Of a stretch of DNA of 64,000 nt, positions 39,541-53,274 are shown piece after piece. Source of the DNA: Anaeromyxobacteraceae bacterium (GTDB taxonomy: Bacteria; Myxococcota; Myxococcia; Myxococcales; Anaeromyxobacteraceae); the NCBI GenBank assembly GCA_047602405.1, contig JASGHJ010000002.1, positions 960,001 through 1,024,000 on the forward strand, written 5' to 3'. Position numbers and translations under genes: made by a program. Within the stretch, counting starts at the first letter, position 1, and the number at the start of each line of letters is the position of its first letter. The notes beneath the pieces were generated by a model. That model searched no databases, had not been told where the DNA came from, and saw nothing but the letters and a program-made list of their open reading frames with translations.

Positions 39541-39995
39541 CGGGCGCTCCGGGGCTTCACGGGGTCGGCGCCGGCGCGCAGCGCCCCGGCGAGCGCGCCG
39601 AGGGCGGCGCGGAGGGCGGTGCGGTCGCCGGGCGGGACGCGCCCGAGCACGCGCTCGGCGTGGGCGTCGAGGTCCCGCTCGAGCGCCTCGGCGCGGCGCT
39701 TCCCGGGCGCCGAGAGCGCGAGCACGACCTCCCGCGCGTCCGCGCCGGCCTGCCGCGCGAGGAGCCCCTCCCGGCCCAGCTCCGCGGCGCCCCGGCTCAC
39801 CCAGCCCTTGTGCACGCCGAGGCGCGCGGCGAGGGCCGTGACGGTGGCGGGCCCGTGGCGCAGGAGCTCGGTGAGGAGGTGGCACTGGGCGACGGTGACG
39901 CCCTGGCAGGCGACCGCGTCCCGCTGCGCGCGCGCGTGGAGGCGGACCACCTCGCGGAGGAGCGCGCCGGCCGGTTCGTTGCGAGTCGCAACCAT
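39537..39995 (-). CDS. MarR-family transcriptional regulator
   Basis: VTVAQCHLL...LAARLGVHKGWVSRGAAELGREGLLAR...DAREVVLALSAPG. Confidence 0.85.
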   Translation of the reverse strand: MVATRNEPAGALLREVVRLHARAQRDAVACQGVTVAQCHLLTELLRHGPATVTALAARLGVHKGWVSRGAAELGREGLLARQAGADAREVVLALSAPGKRRAEALERDLDAHAERVLGRVPPGDRTALRAALGALAGALRAGADPVKPRSAR

Positions 39996-40077
39996 GTCGC
40001 CAGCCTGCCGGATCCCGGGGCCGGCCGTCAAGTTGCGCATGGCAACGAAGGCCGGTTCCGGCTACCTTCCGCCCCGC

Positions 40078-40365
40078 ATGCGCGTCGTCCGCATCCAGGG
40101 CTGCCTGCCCACGCTCCTCGCCGCGCTCGCGGTGGTGGGGCTGCTCGCCTTCGCGTTCACGTTCGGCGCGGTGGTCTTCCTGGCCGCCGCCACCGTCGCG
40201 GTCGTGGGCGGGATCGTCCGCGCCCTGTCCGGCGCGGGCCGGCCCCCCGCTCCTCCGCCCCCTCGCCCGCCCTCGCCGGGCGCCGCCCGCGACATGGTGG
40301 TCGAGGTGGAGGGCGGGACGCGGGCGCCGGCCGGTGGCGAGCCGCCGCGGTTGCCACCGGGGTAG
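40078..40365 (+). CDS. Small hypothetical membrane protein
   Basis: MRVVRIQGCLPTLLAALAVVG..., long hydrophobic segment then Pro-rich tail. Confidence 0.6.
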   Translation: MRVVRIQGCLPTLLAALAVVGLLAFAFTFGAVVFLAAATVAVVGGIVRALSGAGRPPAPPPPRPPSPGAARDMVVEVEGGTRAPAGGEPPRLPPG

Positions 40366-40392
40366 GGGACGTGCGGGCGGGGGAGGGAGGGC

Positions 40393-41091
40393 TCACGCCT
40401 CCGGCTCGTCGTCCTCGCCGCCGGGCCACAGGTCCCGCGCCAGGAAGAAGCCGTACCCGGCCCCGACGTACGCCGCGAACAGCAAGGTGAACGCGATGGC
40501 GCGCGGTGAGGCGAGGGCGGACGCGAGGTCTGCGAGCACCGGCGCGGGCCGGAGCAGCGCGTCCCAGCTGTTCCAGCGCTCGAACCGGCCGAGGTACACG
40601 CCCAGCCCCGCGAGGAGCACCACGCCCGCGACCGCGGTGGCGGCCAGGCGGCGCCCCACGACCGTCACGATCCGCCGGTGCACGCGCGCGAGCGAGTCCC
40701 ACCCGAGCACCGAGCCGGCGAGCCCGAACGTCGAGAAGAGGACCACGTCGTACAGGTGCGGCACGCCGTGGCGATCGCGCAGGTGCACGAGGTCGGTCAC
40801 GAGGTAGGGTGCGTTCGGCAGGAAGAGGAGCCAGAGCCCGCCGGCCGCGAAGGCGAGCAACCGCGAGCGCGCGGAGGTCGCCGCGAGGGACGCGACCCAC
40901 GGCACGAGCGCGAGGAAGAGGTTCCAGGGGAGGAACAGCAGGTCCGGCCCGGCCCGCCACGCGCGCGCCGTCCAGAGCGCCGCGGCGAGGAGCGGCAGGC
41001 CCAGCACCGCGGCCATCCGGACACGCGAGGGCGGGGCCGGGGACACACGGCCGTCCCGCACGAGGCGCAAGTTCGCGGAGGCTCTCATCAT
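40393..41091 (-). CDS. DUF1361 membrane protein
   Basis: WNLFLA, WLLFLPNAPYLVTDLVHL, GVYLGRFERWNSWD. Confidence 0.88.
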   Translation of the reverse strand: MMRASANLRLVRDGRVSPAPPSRVRMAAVLGLPLLAAALWTARAWRAGPDLLFLPWNLFLALVPWVASLAATSARSRLLAFAAGGLWLLFLPNAPYLVTDLVHLRDRHGVPHLYDVVLFSTFGLAGSVLGWDSLARVHRRIVTVVGRRLAATAVAGVVLLAGLGVYLGRFERWNSWDALLRPAPVLADLASALASPRAIAFTLLFAAYVGAGYGFFLARDLWPGGEDDEPEA

Positions 41092-41135
41092 CGCCAGGGT
41101 CGACCTCGAGACTCGAAACGCACCGCATCCAGCAC

Positions 41136-41152
41136 AGCAAGGAGCGTACCCG
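41136..41152 (-). promoter_or_regulatory. Sigma54-like promoter for the DUF1361 gene
   Basis: Minus strand CGGGTACGCTCCTTGCT = GG-N10-GC, about 45 bp upstream of ATG. Confidence 0.5.
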
Positions 41153-41219
41153 ACCCCCGGACGGGGCGGTCGGACGCGCCCCGCGGCAGGGGCGCCCCCG
41201 TTCCCGCTAGCAACCCACG

Positions 41220-41465
41220 ATGCTCATCCGCGCTTCCCTCGCCGCCATCGCGCTGGCAAGGCGCAGCAGACGGTGACCGACGCCTATCTCGCGGCGCTGC
41301 CCTCGCGCGGAGCGTTCAAGGCGCGGCTCGCCGAGCCGGGGGACTTCGAGAGGTTCGGGCTGCCCGTCCGGCGGGGCGCCCGCACGTTCGCCGAGTACAT
41401 GCCCGGGATCCTGAACCAGGATCTCCTGCGCGTGGAGGACCGCGCGGGCGCGACGGCGCGGCCGC
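41220..41465 (+). pseudogene. Remnant of a prolyl oligopeptidase (S9A) N-terminus
   Basis: Signal-like MLIRASLAAIAL, then in another frame AQQTVTDAYLAALPSRGAFKARL...ERFGLPVRRG...GILNQDLLRV; cut off by the convergent gene. Confidence 0.55.
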
Positions 41466-41467
41466 GT

Positions 41468-43009
41468 TCATGGCGCAGGCGCTCGGGCTCGACGGGCCCG
41501 GCGCGGCCGCGCACCGAGCGCGAGGGCCGCGAGCCCGATCGCCGCCGCGAGGGCGCCCGCGTCGCCGCCCGCCCCGCACCCGCCGCCGCCCGCCTTCGGG
41601 GGCGGCGTGGCGGGCCGCTGGCACGTCGAGGTGCAGCTCGCGCCGCCGTCGCACGCCTCGCCGGCGCCCGCGTCGACGATGCCGTCGCCGCAGGTGGAGG
41701 CCGCGCAGACGCCGGCGTGGCAGAGCGCGCGCGTCGCGGGCGCGGACGTGAGGGTGCAGGAGGTCCCGTCGGCGAGCGCGGCGTGGTGCACGCCCCCCGG
41801 GTCGCAGCTGTCGACGGTGCAGGGCTCGGCGTCGTCCACCGGGGTGGGATCCACCCGGCACGCCCCGGCGTCGCAGCGCTCGTTCGAGGTGCACGGGTCC
41901 GCGTCGGCGCAGTCGGCGGTCACGAGGCAGACGAGCTGGCACTGCGCCGAGCAGTGCCCCACCCCCGGCGGCTCGCAGGCCTCGCCCGCGGTGACGACGC
42001 CGTTCCCGCAGCCGGTGGGGGTGCAGTTCGCGTCGCAGCCGTCGCCGGAGGCGAGGTTCCCGTCGTCGCAGGTCTCGCCGGCGGTGACGACGCCGTTCCC
42101 GCAGGCGGTGGGCTTGCAGTTCGCGTCGCAGCCGTCGCCGGAGGCGAGGTTCCCGTCGTCGCAGGCCTCGCCCGCGGTGACGACGCCGTTCCCGCAGGCG
42201 GTGGGCCTGCAGTTCGCGTCGCAGCCGTCCCCGGAGGCCTGGTTGCCGTCGTCGCAGGCCTCGCCGCCGGTCTTCGCGCCGTCGCCGCAGAACTCGGGCT
42301 GGCAGGTCGCGCTGCAGCCGTCGCCGGGGGTGGTGTTGGAGTCGTCGCAGCCCTCGAGCCCGGTGATCGCGCCGTCGCCGCAGGTGGACGCGGGCGCCGT
42401 GCCGGCCTGGCCGGCGTTGTTCATGGGGGCCGGCGCGCCGAGGGTGAAGTCGTGGGCGCAGTCGTTCGTGTCGTCCTGGAAGTCGAGGACGCCGGGCGTG
42501 CCGGCGTCGAGGCGCCGGACCAGGGCGCGGCCCGGCACGAGGCCGCGCGCCGCCGTGCCCGCGGCGGGCGCGGCCGCGGCGTTGAAGGGCGTGCCCACGG
42601 CCGGGTCGGCCGCGGCGTACGTGCCCCACGCCACGCAGTCGATCTCCTCGAAGCAGACCATGCCGCCGGCCGCCTGGAGCACGGGTGTCATGGCGAGGTC
42701 GGCGGTCACGCCGAAGAGCGCCGCCGCCTGCGGCGTCGCGACGAGGACCCGCATCTGGTCCGCGCCGTTCGCGACGTTCGCCGTGAAGGTGAACGAGCCG
42801 AGGACGGCGCCGTCGGGGCCGAACACGGTCACCGCGTGGCCGCCCATGAGGTTCTGGCCCGGGGCGTAGGCCCGGACCACCACGTACTGGGCCTGCGGGT
42901 TCGCGGCCGAGCCGGGGAACACCTCGACGATCTGGGTGATGTGGAAGGTGGCGGCGGCGGGCCGGGCGGCGAGCGCCAGGAGCAGGCAGGCGAGCGGGCG
43001 GAGGCGCAT
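41468..43009 (-). CDS. Secreted myxobacterial Cys-rich repeat (DUF4215-like) protein with MYXO-CTERM-like tail
   Basis: Signal peptide; CGNGVVTAGEACDDGNLASGDGCDANC repeats; GGGGCG...hydrophobic...RR tail. Confidence 0.85.
   Translation of the reverse strand: MRLRPLACLLLALAARPAAATFHITQIVEVFPGSAANPQAQYVVVRAYAPGQNLMGGHAVTVFGPDGAVLGSFTFTANVANGADQMRVLVATPQAAALFGVTADLAMTPVLQAAGGMVCFEEIDCVAWGTYAAADPAVGTPFNAAAAPAAGTAARGLVPGRALVRRLDAGTPGVLDFQDDTNDCAHDFTLGAPAPMNNAGQAGTAPASTCGDGAITGLEGCDDSNTTPGDGCSATCQPEFCGDGAKTGGEACDDGNQASGDGCDANCRPTACGNGVVTAGEACDDGNLASGDGCDANCKPTACGNGVVTAGETCDDGNLASGDGCDANCTPTGCGNGVVTAGEACEPPGVGHCSAQCQLVCLVTADCADADPCTSNERCDAGACRVDPTPVDDAEPCTVDSCDPGGVHHAALADGTSCTLTSAPATRALCHAGVCAASTCGDGIVDAGAGEACDGGASCTSTCQRPATPPPKAGGGGCGAGGDAGALAAAIGLAALALGARPRRARRARAPAP
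41972..42300 (-). repeat. 93-bp (31-aa) coding tandem repeats, about 3.5 copies
   Basis: Recurrent gcggtgacgacgccgttcccgca...gcagttcgcgtcgcagccgtc units. Confidence 0.85.
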
Positions 43010-43157
43010 CCCGGTGCGGACCCCCGAGGCCGCGGCCGCGGGACAGCCCGGACGGGCGGTGCCGGCCGGCCCCGGCCCTCGGTGCGCGCGCACCTCGAGA
43101 CGCGGGGGCAGGCCGGAAAACTGGTCCCGGGTCCGGGCCGGTGGGACCATCCTCCGC

Positions 43158-44141
43158 GTGACCCCGGCCGAGCCGACCCCGCCTGCGCCGCCCCCGGAGC
43201 TCCTCCGGTTCGCGGCGTACCTCGCGAGCGAGCAGCGCGCGTCGGCCCACACGCAGAAGGCCTACCTGACCGACCTCGGCCAGTACGCCGCCTTCCTCGC
43301 CGGGCAGGGCGCGGCGGTGGTGCCATCCTCGCCGGCGCTCGTCCGCGCCTTCCTCTCGCACGCCGCCGGCGTCTCCGGGCCGGTGACGCTGGGCCGCAAG
43401 CTCTCCGCGCTCCGGACCTTCTACGGTTTTCTCGTGCGGGAGGGGCTCGCCCCCGGGAACCCGGCCCGCAGCGTGAAGGCGCCGCGGCGGCCGAAGCCGT
43501 TGCCGGAGGTGCTGCCGGAGGCGGACGTCGCGACCCTGCTCGAGGCGCCCGCGGGCGCGAAGGATCCGCTCGCGCTCCGGGACCACGCGATGCTCGAGCT
43601 CATGTACGGCGCCGGGCTCCGCGTGGCGGAGCTCGTCGGGCTCGATCTCGACGCGATCGACCTCGGCGCGAGGCTCGTGCGGGTGCTCGGCAAGCGGCGC
43701 AAGGAGCGCATCGTCCCGTTCGGCCGGCCCGCCGCGGAGGCGATCCACCGCTGGCTCGACCTCGGCCGGCCCGCGCTCGCGCTCCAGCCGGGCGCGGCGC
43801 CCGGGCGGGCGCTCTTCCTCAACCGCGACGGCGGCCGCATCTCGGTGCGCTCGGTCGCCCGCCGCCTGGAGCGGCGCGCGCTCGAGGCCGGCCTCCCGCG
43901 CCACGTGCACCCGCACGTGCTCCGCCACTGCTTCGCGACGCACCTCCTCGGGAACGGCGCCGACCTGCGCGGGATCCAGGAGCTGCTCGGCCACGCCTCG
44001 CTCTCGACCACGCAGCGGTACACCCACCTGGACTGGAAGCGGCTCGCGGAGGTCTACGACGCCGCGCACCCGCGGGCATCCCTCGACTCCGGGGCCGCTT
44101 CGCGGCCCCTACGCTCGGGACGTACGGCCGAGAAACCGTGA
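43158..44141 (+). CDS. xerC: Tyrosine recombinase XerC
   Basis: RDHAMLELMYGAGLRVAEL, VLGKRRKER, HPHVLRHCFATHLL, LLGHASLSTTQRYTH; directly upstream of hslVU. Confidence 0.9.
   Translation: MTPAEPTPPAPPPELLRFAAYLASEQRASAHTQKAYLTDLGQYAAFLAGQGAAVVPSSPALVRAFLSHAAGVSGPVTLGRKLSALRTFYGFLVREGLAPGNPARSVKAPRRPKPLPEVLPEADVATLLEAPAGAKDPLALRDHAMLELMYGAGLRVAELVGLDLDAIDLGARLVRVLGKRRKERIVPFGRPAAEAIHRWLDLGRPALALQPGAAPGRALFLNRDGGRISVRSVARRLERRALEAGLPRHVHPHVLRHCFATHLLGNGADLRGIQELLGHASLSTTQRYTHLDWKRLAEVYDAAHPRASLDSGAASRPLRSGRTAEKP
44080..44127 (-). repeat. REP-like element copy 3 (inverted), inside the 3' end of xerC
   Basis: Reverse complement ccgtacgtcccgagcgtaggggccgcgaagcggccccggagtcgaggg. Confidence 0.8.
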
Positions 44142-44207
44142 CGGTGCGGCAGGGGGACGCGGCCCGGGGTCGTTGCCCCGGGTGCGGTCGCGCGCTACTT
44201 GAGGCGG

Positions 44208-44756
44208 ATGGAGTCCTTCCACGCGACGACGATCCTCTGCGTCCGCAGGGCCGGCCGGGTGGCCATGGCCGGCGACGGGCAGGTCACCCTCGACAAGACC
44301 GTCATGAAGGCGACGGCCCGCAAGGTGCGGCGCCTGGCGGAGGGGCAGGTGCTCGCGGGCTTCGCCGGCGCGACCGCCGACGCGTTCCAGCTCTTCGAGG
44401 CCTTCGAGAAGAAGCTGAAGGAGCACGCGCGGTCGCTCCCGCGCGCCGCCGTCGAGCTCGCGAAGCTCTGGCGCACCGACCGGATGCTGCGCCGGCTCGA
44501 GGCGCTCCTCCTCGTCGCCGACGCGGAGCACCTCCTGCTCCTCTCCGGCTCGGGCGACGTCATCGAGCCCGATCCGGTGCCCGGGGGCGGCGCCGCGGCC
44601 GCCATCGGCTCGGGCGGGCCGTACGCGCTCGCCGCGGCGCGGGCGCTCCTCGCGCACTCGCCGCTCGACGCGCGCCAGGTGGCCGAGGAGTCGATGAAGC
44701 TCGCCGCGGAGATTTGCATCTACACGAACGGCAACCTCGTCGTGGAGGAGCTCTAG
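44208..44756 (+). CDS. hslV: ATP-dependent protease subunit HslV
   Basis: [49 protein letters not shown]. Confidence 0.96.
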   Translation: MESFHATTILCVRRAGRVAMAGDGQVTLDKTVMKATARKVRRLAEGQVLAGFAGATADAFQLFEAFEKKLKEHARSLPRAAVELAKLWRTDRMLRRLEALLLVADAEHLLLLSGSGDVIEPDPVPGGGAAAAIGSGGPYALAAARALLAHSPLDARQVAEESMKLAAEICIYTNGNLVVEEL

Positions 44757-46164
<1,408 letters not shown>

Positions 46165-46194
46165 TTGGCGGGCCGCGTCTGCTATAAGGCCCGC

Positions 46195-47392
46195 ATGAAC
46201 ACGACCGAGTCCCTGGTTGAGCGCGCCAAGGCCGCCCTCACGCCCAACTACCGGCAGGCGCCGGTGGTGCTGGTGCGAGGGGAGGGCGCGCGCGTGTGGG
46301 ACGCCGAGGGGAAGGAGTACCTCGACTGCATCGCCGGCATCGCCACCGTCTCGCTCGGCCACTGCCACCCGAGGCTGGTGGCGGCGCTCGAGGAGCAGGC
46401 CCGGCAGCTGTGGCACGTCTCGAACCTCTTCTACAACCCGAGGGCGATCGAGCTCGCCGAGCGGCTCGCCCGCTCGACGAGCTGGGCGAAGCGGGTCTTC
46501 CTCTGCAACTCCGGCGCGGAGGCCAACGAGGCCCAGCTGAAGCTCGCGCGGAAGTTCCACGCCGACGCCGGCCACCCGGAGCGGAACGAGATCGTCGCCT
46601 GCACGAACTCCTTCCACGGGCGGACGATGTTCGCGCTCGCCGCGACCGGCCAGCCGAAGTACCACCACGGCTTCGAGCCGCTCGTGCCGGGCGTGAAGCA
46701 CGTGCCCTACGGCGACCTCGCCGCCCTCGAGGCGGCGCTCGGCCCGAGGACCGCGGCGTTCATCGTGGAGCCGATCCAGGGCGAGGCGGGCGTCATGCCG
46801 CCGCCCGCGGGCTACCTCGCGAAGGCCCGCGAGCTCACCAGGAAGGCGGGCGCGCTGCTCCTGCTGGACGAGGTCCAGACCGGCCTCGGCCGCACCGGGA
46901 CCATGTGGGCGCACGAGGCGGAGGGCGTGACCCCCGACCTCATGTCCTCGGCGAAGGCGCTCGCGAACGGCTACCCGATGGGCGCCATGCTCGCGACCGA
47001 GGAGGTCGGCAGCCACCTCACCCCGGGCAGCCACGCCACCACCTTCGGCGGCAACGCGCTCGGCGCCGCGGTGGGCGTCGCGGCGCTCCAGGAGATTCGA
47101 GCGGATCCTGCCCGAGGCCCGCAAGGTCGCCGAGCACCTGCGCGGGAGGCTCGCGAAGGCCGGCCCCCGGGTGACCGAGGTCCGCGGCCGCGGGTTCCTC
47201 CTCGGCGTCGTGCTCCAGGGCGTCGACGCCCCCGCGGTCGTGGGGCTCGCGCGCGAGCGAGGCCTCCTCGTGAACGCCATCGGCGACAAGGTCGTCCGGG
47301 TCGCCCCGCCCATCACCCTCACCGCCGCCGAGGCCGACCTGTGCGCGGAGCGGCTCGGCGCCGCCGTCGCCGCGGCGCCCCAGAAGGCCTGA
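46195..47392 (+). CDS. argD: Acetylornithine aminotransferase; apparent +1 frameshift at 47094-47098
   Basis: NSGAEANE, SFHGRT, EPIQGEAG, DEVQTG, AKALANG, HATTFGGN; VRGRG and VVRVAPP in the next frame. Confidence 0.93.
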
Positions 47393-47407
47393 AGAGGACC
47401 CCGCGAG

Positions 47408-48331
47408 ATGCCCACCCCGATGAAGCGCGACTTCCTCCGCCTCACCGATTCCGACCGGAGCGGCCTCCTCGAGCTCGTGGAGCGCGCCGCCGAGTGGAAG
47501 CTCCTCGGACGGGACGGCCCGAAGCCGCTCGCGCACCGGACCATCGGCCTCGTCTTCGAGAAGGCCTCGACCCGGACCCGCGTGTCCTTCGAGGTCGCGT
47601 CCTACCAGCTCGGCGGCCAGGCGATGATGCTCTCGCCGCGCGACACCCAGCTCGGCCGCGGCGAGCCCATCCGCGACACCGCCCGCGTGCTCTCGCGCTA
47701 CCTCGACTGCCTCGTGGTCCGCACCTTCGGGCACGAGAAGATCGAGGAGATGGCGAGGTGGGCGACGGTCCCGGTCGTGAACGCGCTCACCGACGCGTCC
47801 CACCCGTGTCAGGTGCTCGCCGACCTCCTCACCATCACCGAGCGCTTCGGGGCCGACGCCCTGTCGAAGGGGGGCCTCTCGGTGGCCTGGATCGGCGACG
47901 GCAACAACATGGCCAACAGCTGGCTCGAGGCCTGCGCGCTCCTCGGCTTCGACCTCCGGCTGGCCTGCCCCGAGGGCTACGACCCCGATCCGGCGCTGGT
48001 CGCGCGGTGCGGAGGCCACGCCAAGGTCGTCCGGACCCCCGGGGAGGCGGCGGAGGGCGCCCACGTCGTGAACACCGACGTGTGGGCCTCCATGGGCCAG
48101 GAGGAAGAGGCCGAGCAGCGCAAGAAGGTCTTCGAGCACTTCATCGTGGACGCCGCGCTCATGGCGCGGGCCCGCAAGAACGCGATCGTCCTGCACTGCC
48201 TGCCGGCCCACCGGGGCGAGGAGATCACCGACGAGGTCCTCGAGGGCCCCCAGTCGGCCGTCTTCGACGAGGCGGAGAACCGCCTACATGCCCAGAAGGC
48301 CCTGCTCGAGGCGCTCCTCGCCGCCCGCTGA
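47408..48331 (+). CDS. argF: Ornithine carbamoyltransferase
   Basis: STRTRVSF, HPCQVLAD, DVWASMG, HCLPAHRGEE. Confidence 0.96.
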   Translation: MPTPMKRDFLRLTDSDRSGLLELVERAAEWKLLGRDGPKPLAHRTIGLVFEKASTRTRVSFEVASYQLGGQAMMLSPRDTQLGRGEPIRDTARVLSRYLDCLVVRTFGHEKIEEMARWATVPVVNALTDASHPCQVLADLLTITERFGADALSKGGLSVAWIGDGNNMANSWLEACALLGFDLRLACPEGYDPDPALVARCGGHAKVVRTPGEAAEGAHVVNTDVWASMGQEEEAEQRKKVFEHFIVDAALMARARKNAIVLHCLPAHRGEEITDEVLEGPQSAVFDEAENRLHAQKALLEALLAAR

Positions 48332-48422
48332 TCCCGGCCCGGCAGGAGGGCCGTCCTCCTCCAGAGCACCGTACGGAAGGTCAAAGGGCGCGTTGACCGG
48401 GGTCCGCCCGGGGCCGTAAGGT

Positions 48423-49408
48423 GTGGGTGGGAGCCCAGATCCCTTCGTGACCACGGACCGTTACAGGGGTTTCACCTTCGATGAGGCCGCCCTGCGGGAG
48501 GACGTCGATCTCGACGCCGACCGCAGGAAGGAGATCCTCTACCTGGAGGCGACCGCGCAGACCGCGACGCACTGGGAGGCGCTCGACCTCCCGTGGAACG
48601 CGCCGGCGGACGCGGCGAAGGCCGCGTACCTCGAGCGCGTGAAGGTCTTCCACCCGGATCGTTACGCCGGCAAGCGGCTCGGCTCGTACCGCGGCCGCCT
48701 CGAGCGGGTGTTCCGGCGGATCACCGAGGCCCGCGACGTGCTCGCCGACGAGGGCCGCCGCGCGGCGTACGCGCGCGTGAGCGCGCCGGCCGATCAGTTC
48801 GCGGCGCTCGAGGCGAGGCGGCTCGAGGACGAGCGGCGGACCGAGGAGCGGCGCGCCCGGCTCGCGCGCTCGAACCCGATCATGGCGCGGGTCGCGCGCG
48901 TGAAGGAGCTCGTCGACCGCGGGCGGACCGCGTTCGAGGAGGGCCGCTTCAGCCAGGCGGCCAACGACCTCCAGATCGCGCTCTCGATGGACCCGTCGAA
49001 CCGCGAGGTCGCGACGCTCGTCGCCGACGCGAGGAGGAAGGCCGCCGCCATGAAGGCCGGCGAGCTGTACGACAAGGGGTGGGCGGCCGAGGTCATCGGG
49101 CGGCCCCACGAGGCGGTCGCGCACTACACGCAGGCGCTCGAGGCCGATCCCGGCCACGTCCGCTCGGCGGCGGCGGCCACCCGCACCGCGCTCGCGCTCG
49201 GAGACGTGGCGCGGGCGCGCGGGTTCGCCGACGCGGCGATGAAGGCGGGGCCGCGCGTCGCGGCCGCGCTCGAGGCGATGGGCATGGTGCTCGAGGCCGA
49301 GGGGCAGAAGAAGGAGGCGCGCCAGATGCTGGAGCGCGCGGTGGACCTGGACCCGAAGCTCGAGAGCGCGAAGGAGCGGCTGAAGAAGCTGCGCTGGAGC
49401 TTCCTCGG

Positions 49409-49412
<4 letters not shown>
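48423..49412 (+). CDS. DnaJ-domain + TPR co-chaperone
   Basis: J-domain HPD (VFHPDRY), C-terminal TPR repeats; coupled to the dnaK paralog; start uncertain. Confidence 0.85.
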
Positions 49413-51278
<1,866 letters not shown>

Positions 51279-51281
51279 GCC

Positions 51282-52667
51282 GTGGGCGAGGTCGCGGAGC
51301 TCATCGAGCGGGGCGTGCTCGCGTACGTGACCGGGAGGATCCCGGACGCGGTGGCCGTGTTCCAGCGGGTGCTGGAGCTCGACCCCGACAACGCGAAGGC
51401 GCGCGGCTACCTCATCCTCGTCCAGGCCACGCACCCGGACCTCGCCGCGGCGCCCCCGCCGGCCCCGCCGCCCTCGATCTCGGCGCCGCCGCGCCCGCGC
51501 ACGCTGCCGCCCGCGCCGCCTCCTCCTCTTCAGCCCGCGCCCGCCGCGGCGCGCACCGTGGACGTGAGCGCGCCGCGCCCGGCCCCGCCGCCGCCCCCGC
51601 GGCCGGAGCCGAGGACCGAGCCCTTCGTCCCGGCCGCGCCGCCGCAGCCCGCGCCGGTGGCCGGCGCGAAGCTGCGCCTGCCCGCCCCGCCCAGGCCGAA
51701 GAAGCGGTCGCTCCCGTTCGATCTCGACTCCGACGCCTTCGTGGGCCAGCTGACCACGAAGTCGCCGCTCGGGCCGAGGGAGCTCGACGCGCCCGACGCG
51801 GGCACGCCGTCGGGCGGCACCGAGCCCGATCCGTTCGGCGCCGACCCGGTGCCCTCGCCGTTCGCGGTGGAGCCCGGCGCCGTGAAGCCGAACCGGCCGC
51901 TCGAGGAGATCCTCTTCGCGCCCACGCCGGTCCCGGGCGGCGTGCCCGCGGCCGCGCCGCCCCGGCCGTTCCCGGAGCCGTCGCCGTTCCACGCGCCCGC
52001 CCCGTTCCCGGACCCCGCGCCGTTCCCCGAGCCGGTGCCCGACCGCTTCGCCGTGGAGCCGCCGGTGCGCGCCGCCTCGCACCCGACGCCGATGCTCCCG
52101 GTGCCCGCGCACGACGACGCCGAGTACGCCCCCTCGCCATGGGACGACGGCCCGTCCGGCGCGACCATCGTGCTCTCCGACGAGCCGAGCGGCGGCCTCG
52201 ACCTCGCCGCGGTGGCCGAGAAGTCCGACCTCCGCCCGCTCGTGCCGGAGGGCAAGCCCCCCGCGCCGCCGCCTGCGCACGGCCCGCCCACCGACGTGGA
52301 GCTCTGGCTCAAGGCGGCGAAGGAGCTCTTCGCGCTCGGCGACTTCACCGGCTCGCTCGAGCTCATCGAGAAGATCCTCACCGTCGACCCGGACCACGTC
52401 GAGGCCCGCGACTACCTGCGCCAGAACGAGGCCACGCTCGTCTCGATGTACGAGTCGAAGCTCGGCGCCCTGACCGCCGTCCCCCGGCTCGCGATCAAGC
52501 CGGAGGAGGTCATGTGGCTGAACCTCGACCACCGCGCCGGCTTCCTGCTCGCGCAGATCGACGGCACGGTCGACTTCGAGGGCCTCTTCGCACTCTCGGG
52601 CCTGCCCAGGCTCGACACCGCCCGCATCCTCGCGAACCTCATCGCGGACGGGGTGGTGAGGGTCTAG
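51282..52667 (+). CDS. Hypothetical TPR / Pro-rich myxobacterial protein
   Basis: N- and C-terminal TPR-like helices around a long Pro-rich linker; C-terminal [14 protein letters not shown]. Confidence 0.7.
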   Translation: MGEVAELIERGVLAYVTGRIPDAVAVFQRVLELDPDNAKARGYLILVQATHPDLAAAPPPAPPPSISAPPRPRTLPPAPPPPLQPAPAAARTVDVSAPRPAPPPPPRPEPRTEPFVPAAPPQPAPVAGAKLRLPAPPRPKKRSLPFDLDSDAFVGQLTTKSPLGPRELDAPDAGTPSGGTEPDPFGADPVPSPFAVEPGAVKPNRPLEEILFAPTPVPGGVPAAAPPRPFPEPSPFHAPAPFPDPAPFPEPVPDRFAVEPPVRAASHPTPMLPVPAHDDAEYAPSPWDDGPSGATIVLSDEPSGGLDLAAVAEKSDLRPLVPEGKPPAPPPAHGPPTDVELWLKAAKELFALGDFTGSLELIEKILTVDPDHVEARDYLRQNEATLVSMYESKLGALTAVPRLAIKPEEVMWLNLDHRAGFLLAQIDGTVDFEGLFALSGLPRLDTARILANLIADGVVRV

Positions 52668-53210
52668 ATGCCGCTCCCGCGCTGGAAGAAGCTCTCCTCG
52701 GAGGTCCGGGTCCGGAACTCCTGGTGGACGTACCGCCTCGACCGCTTCGAGCTCCCCGGCGGGAAGCAGGGCGAGTACCACCACGTCCACACCCCCGGCG
52801 CCGCGATGGTCGTGCCGGTGACCGACGAAGGACGGCTGCTCCTCGTGAACCAGTACCGGTACCTCCTCGACCGGGAGAGCCTCGAGTTCCCCGGCGGCGG
52901 CGTGAAGGAGGGCCAGGCCCCCGAGGCCGCCGCCCGCGCCGAGCTCGCGGAGGAGGCGGGGGTGCAGGCCCGCGAGCTCGTCCACCTCGGCAGCTACAAC
53001 CCGTGGAACGGCGTCACCGACGAGATGTGCGAGATCTACCTCGCGCGCGGCCTCGTGCACGATCCGCACGCGCACCCCGAGGAGACCGAGACCATCGAGA
53101 ACGCGCCCCTGACGGTCGCGGACTTCGAGGCGCGCATCGCGAGCGGCGAGATCTGGGACGGCATGACGCTCGCCGCGTGGTGCCTCGCGAGGAAGTTCGT
53201 GGTGGGGTGA
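52668..53210 (+). CDS. NUDIX hydrolase (ADP-ribose pyrophosphatase-like)
   Basis: QYRY...[26 protein letters not shown]udix box. Confidence 0.92.
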   Translation: MPLPRWKKLSSEVRVRNSWWTYRLDRFELPGGKQGEYHHVHTPGAAMVVPVTDEGRLLLVNQYRYLLDRESLEFPGGGVKEGQAPEAAARAELAEEAGVQARELVHLGSYNPWNGVTDEMCEIYLARGLVHDPHAHPEETETIENAPLTVADFEARIASGEIWDGMTLAAWCLARKFVVG

Positions 53211-53250
53211 GGGGCTGGGCGCGGTCGAGCGGGGCGTGCCTCGCTCCCAT

Positions 53251-53274
53251 GCCAACTTGAATTCGGCAGATGTC
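53251..53274 (+). repeat. 24-bp direct repeat R1 GCCAACTTGAATTCGGCAGATGTC
   Basis: Identical to 55100-55123; two differences from 54150-54173. Confidence 0.95.

Noticed and set aside
43158..44141. Tyrosine recombinase as a prophage or integron integrase
   Set aside because: XerC-type sequence in the conserved xerC-hslVU context; no IntI-specific insertion or phage genes seen.
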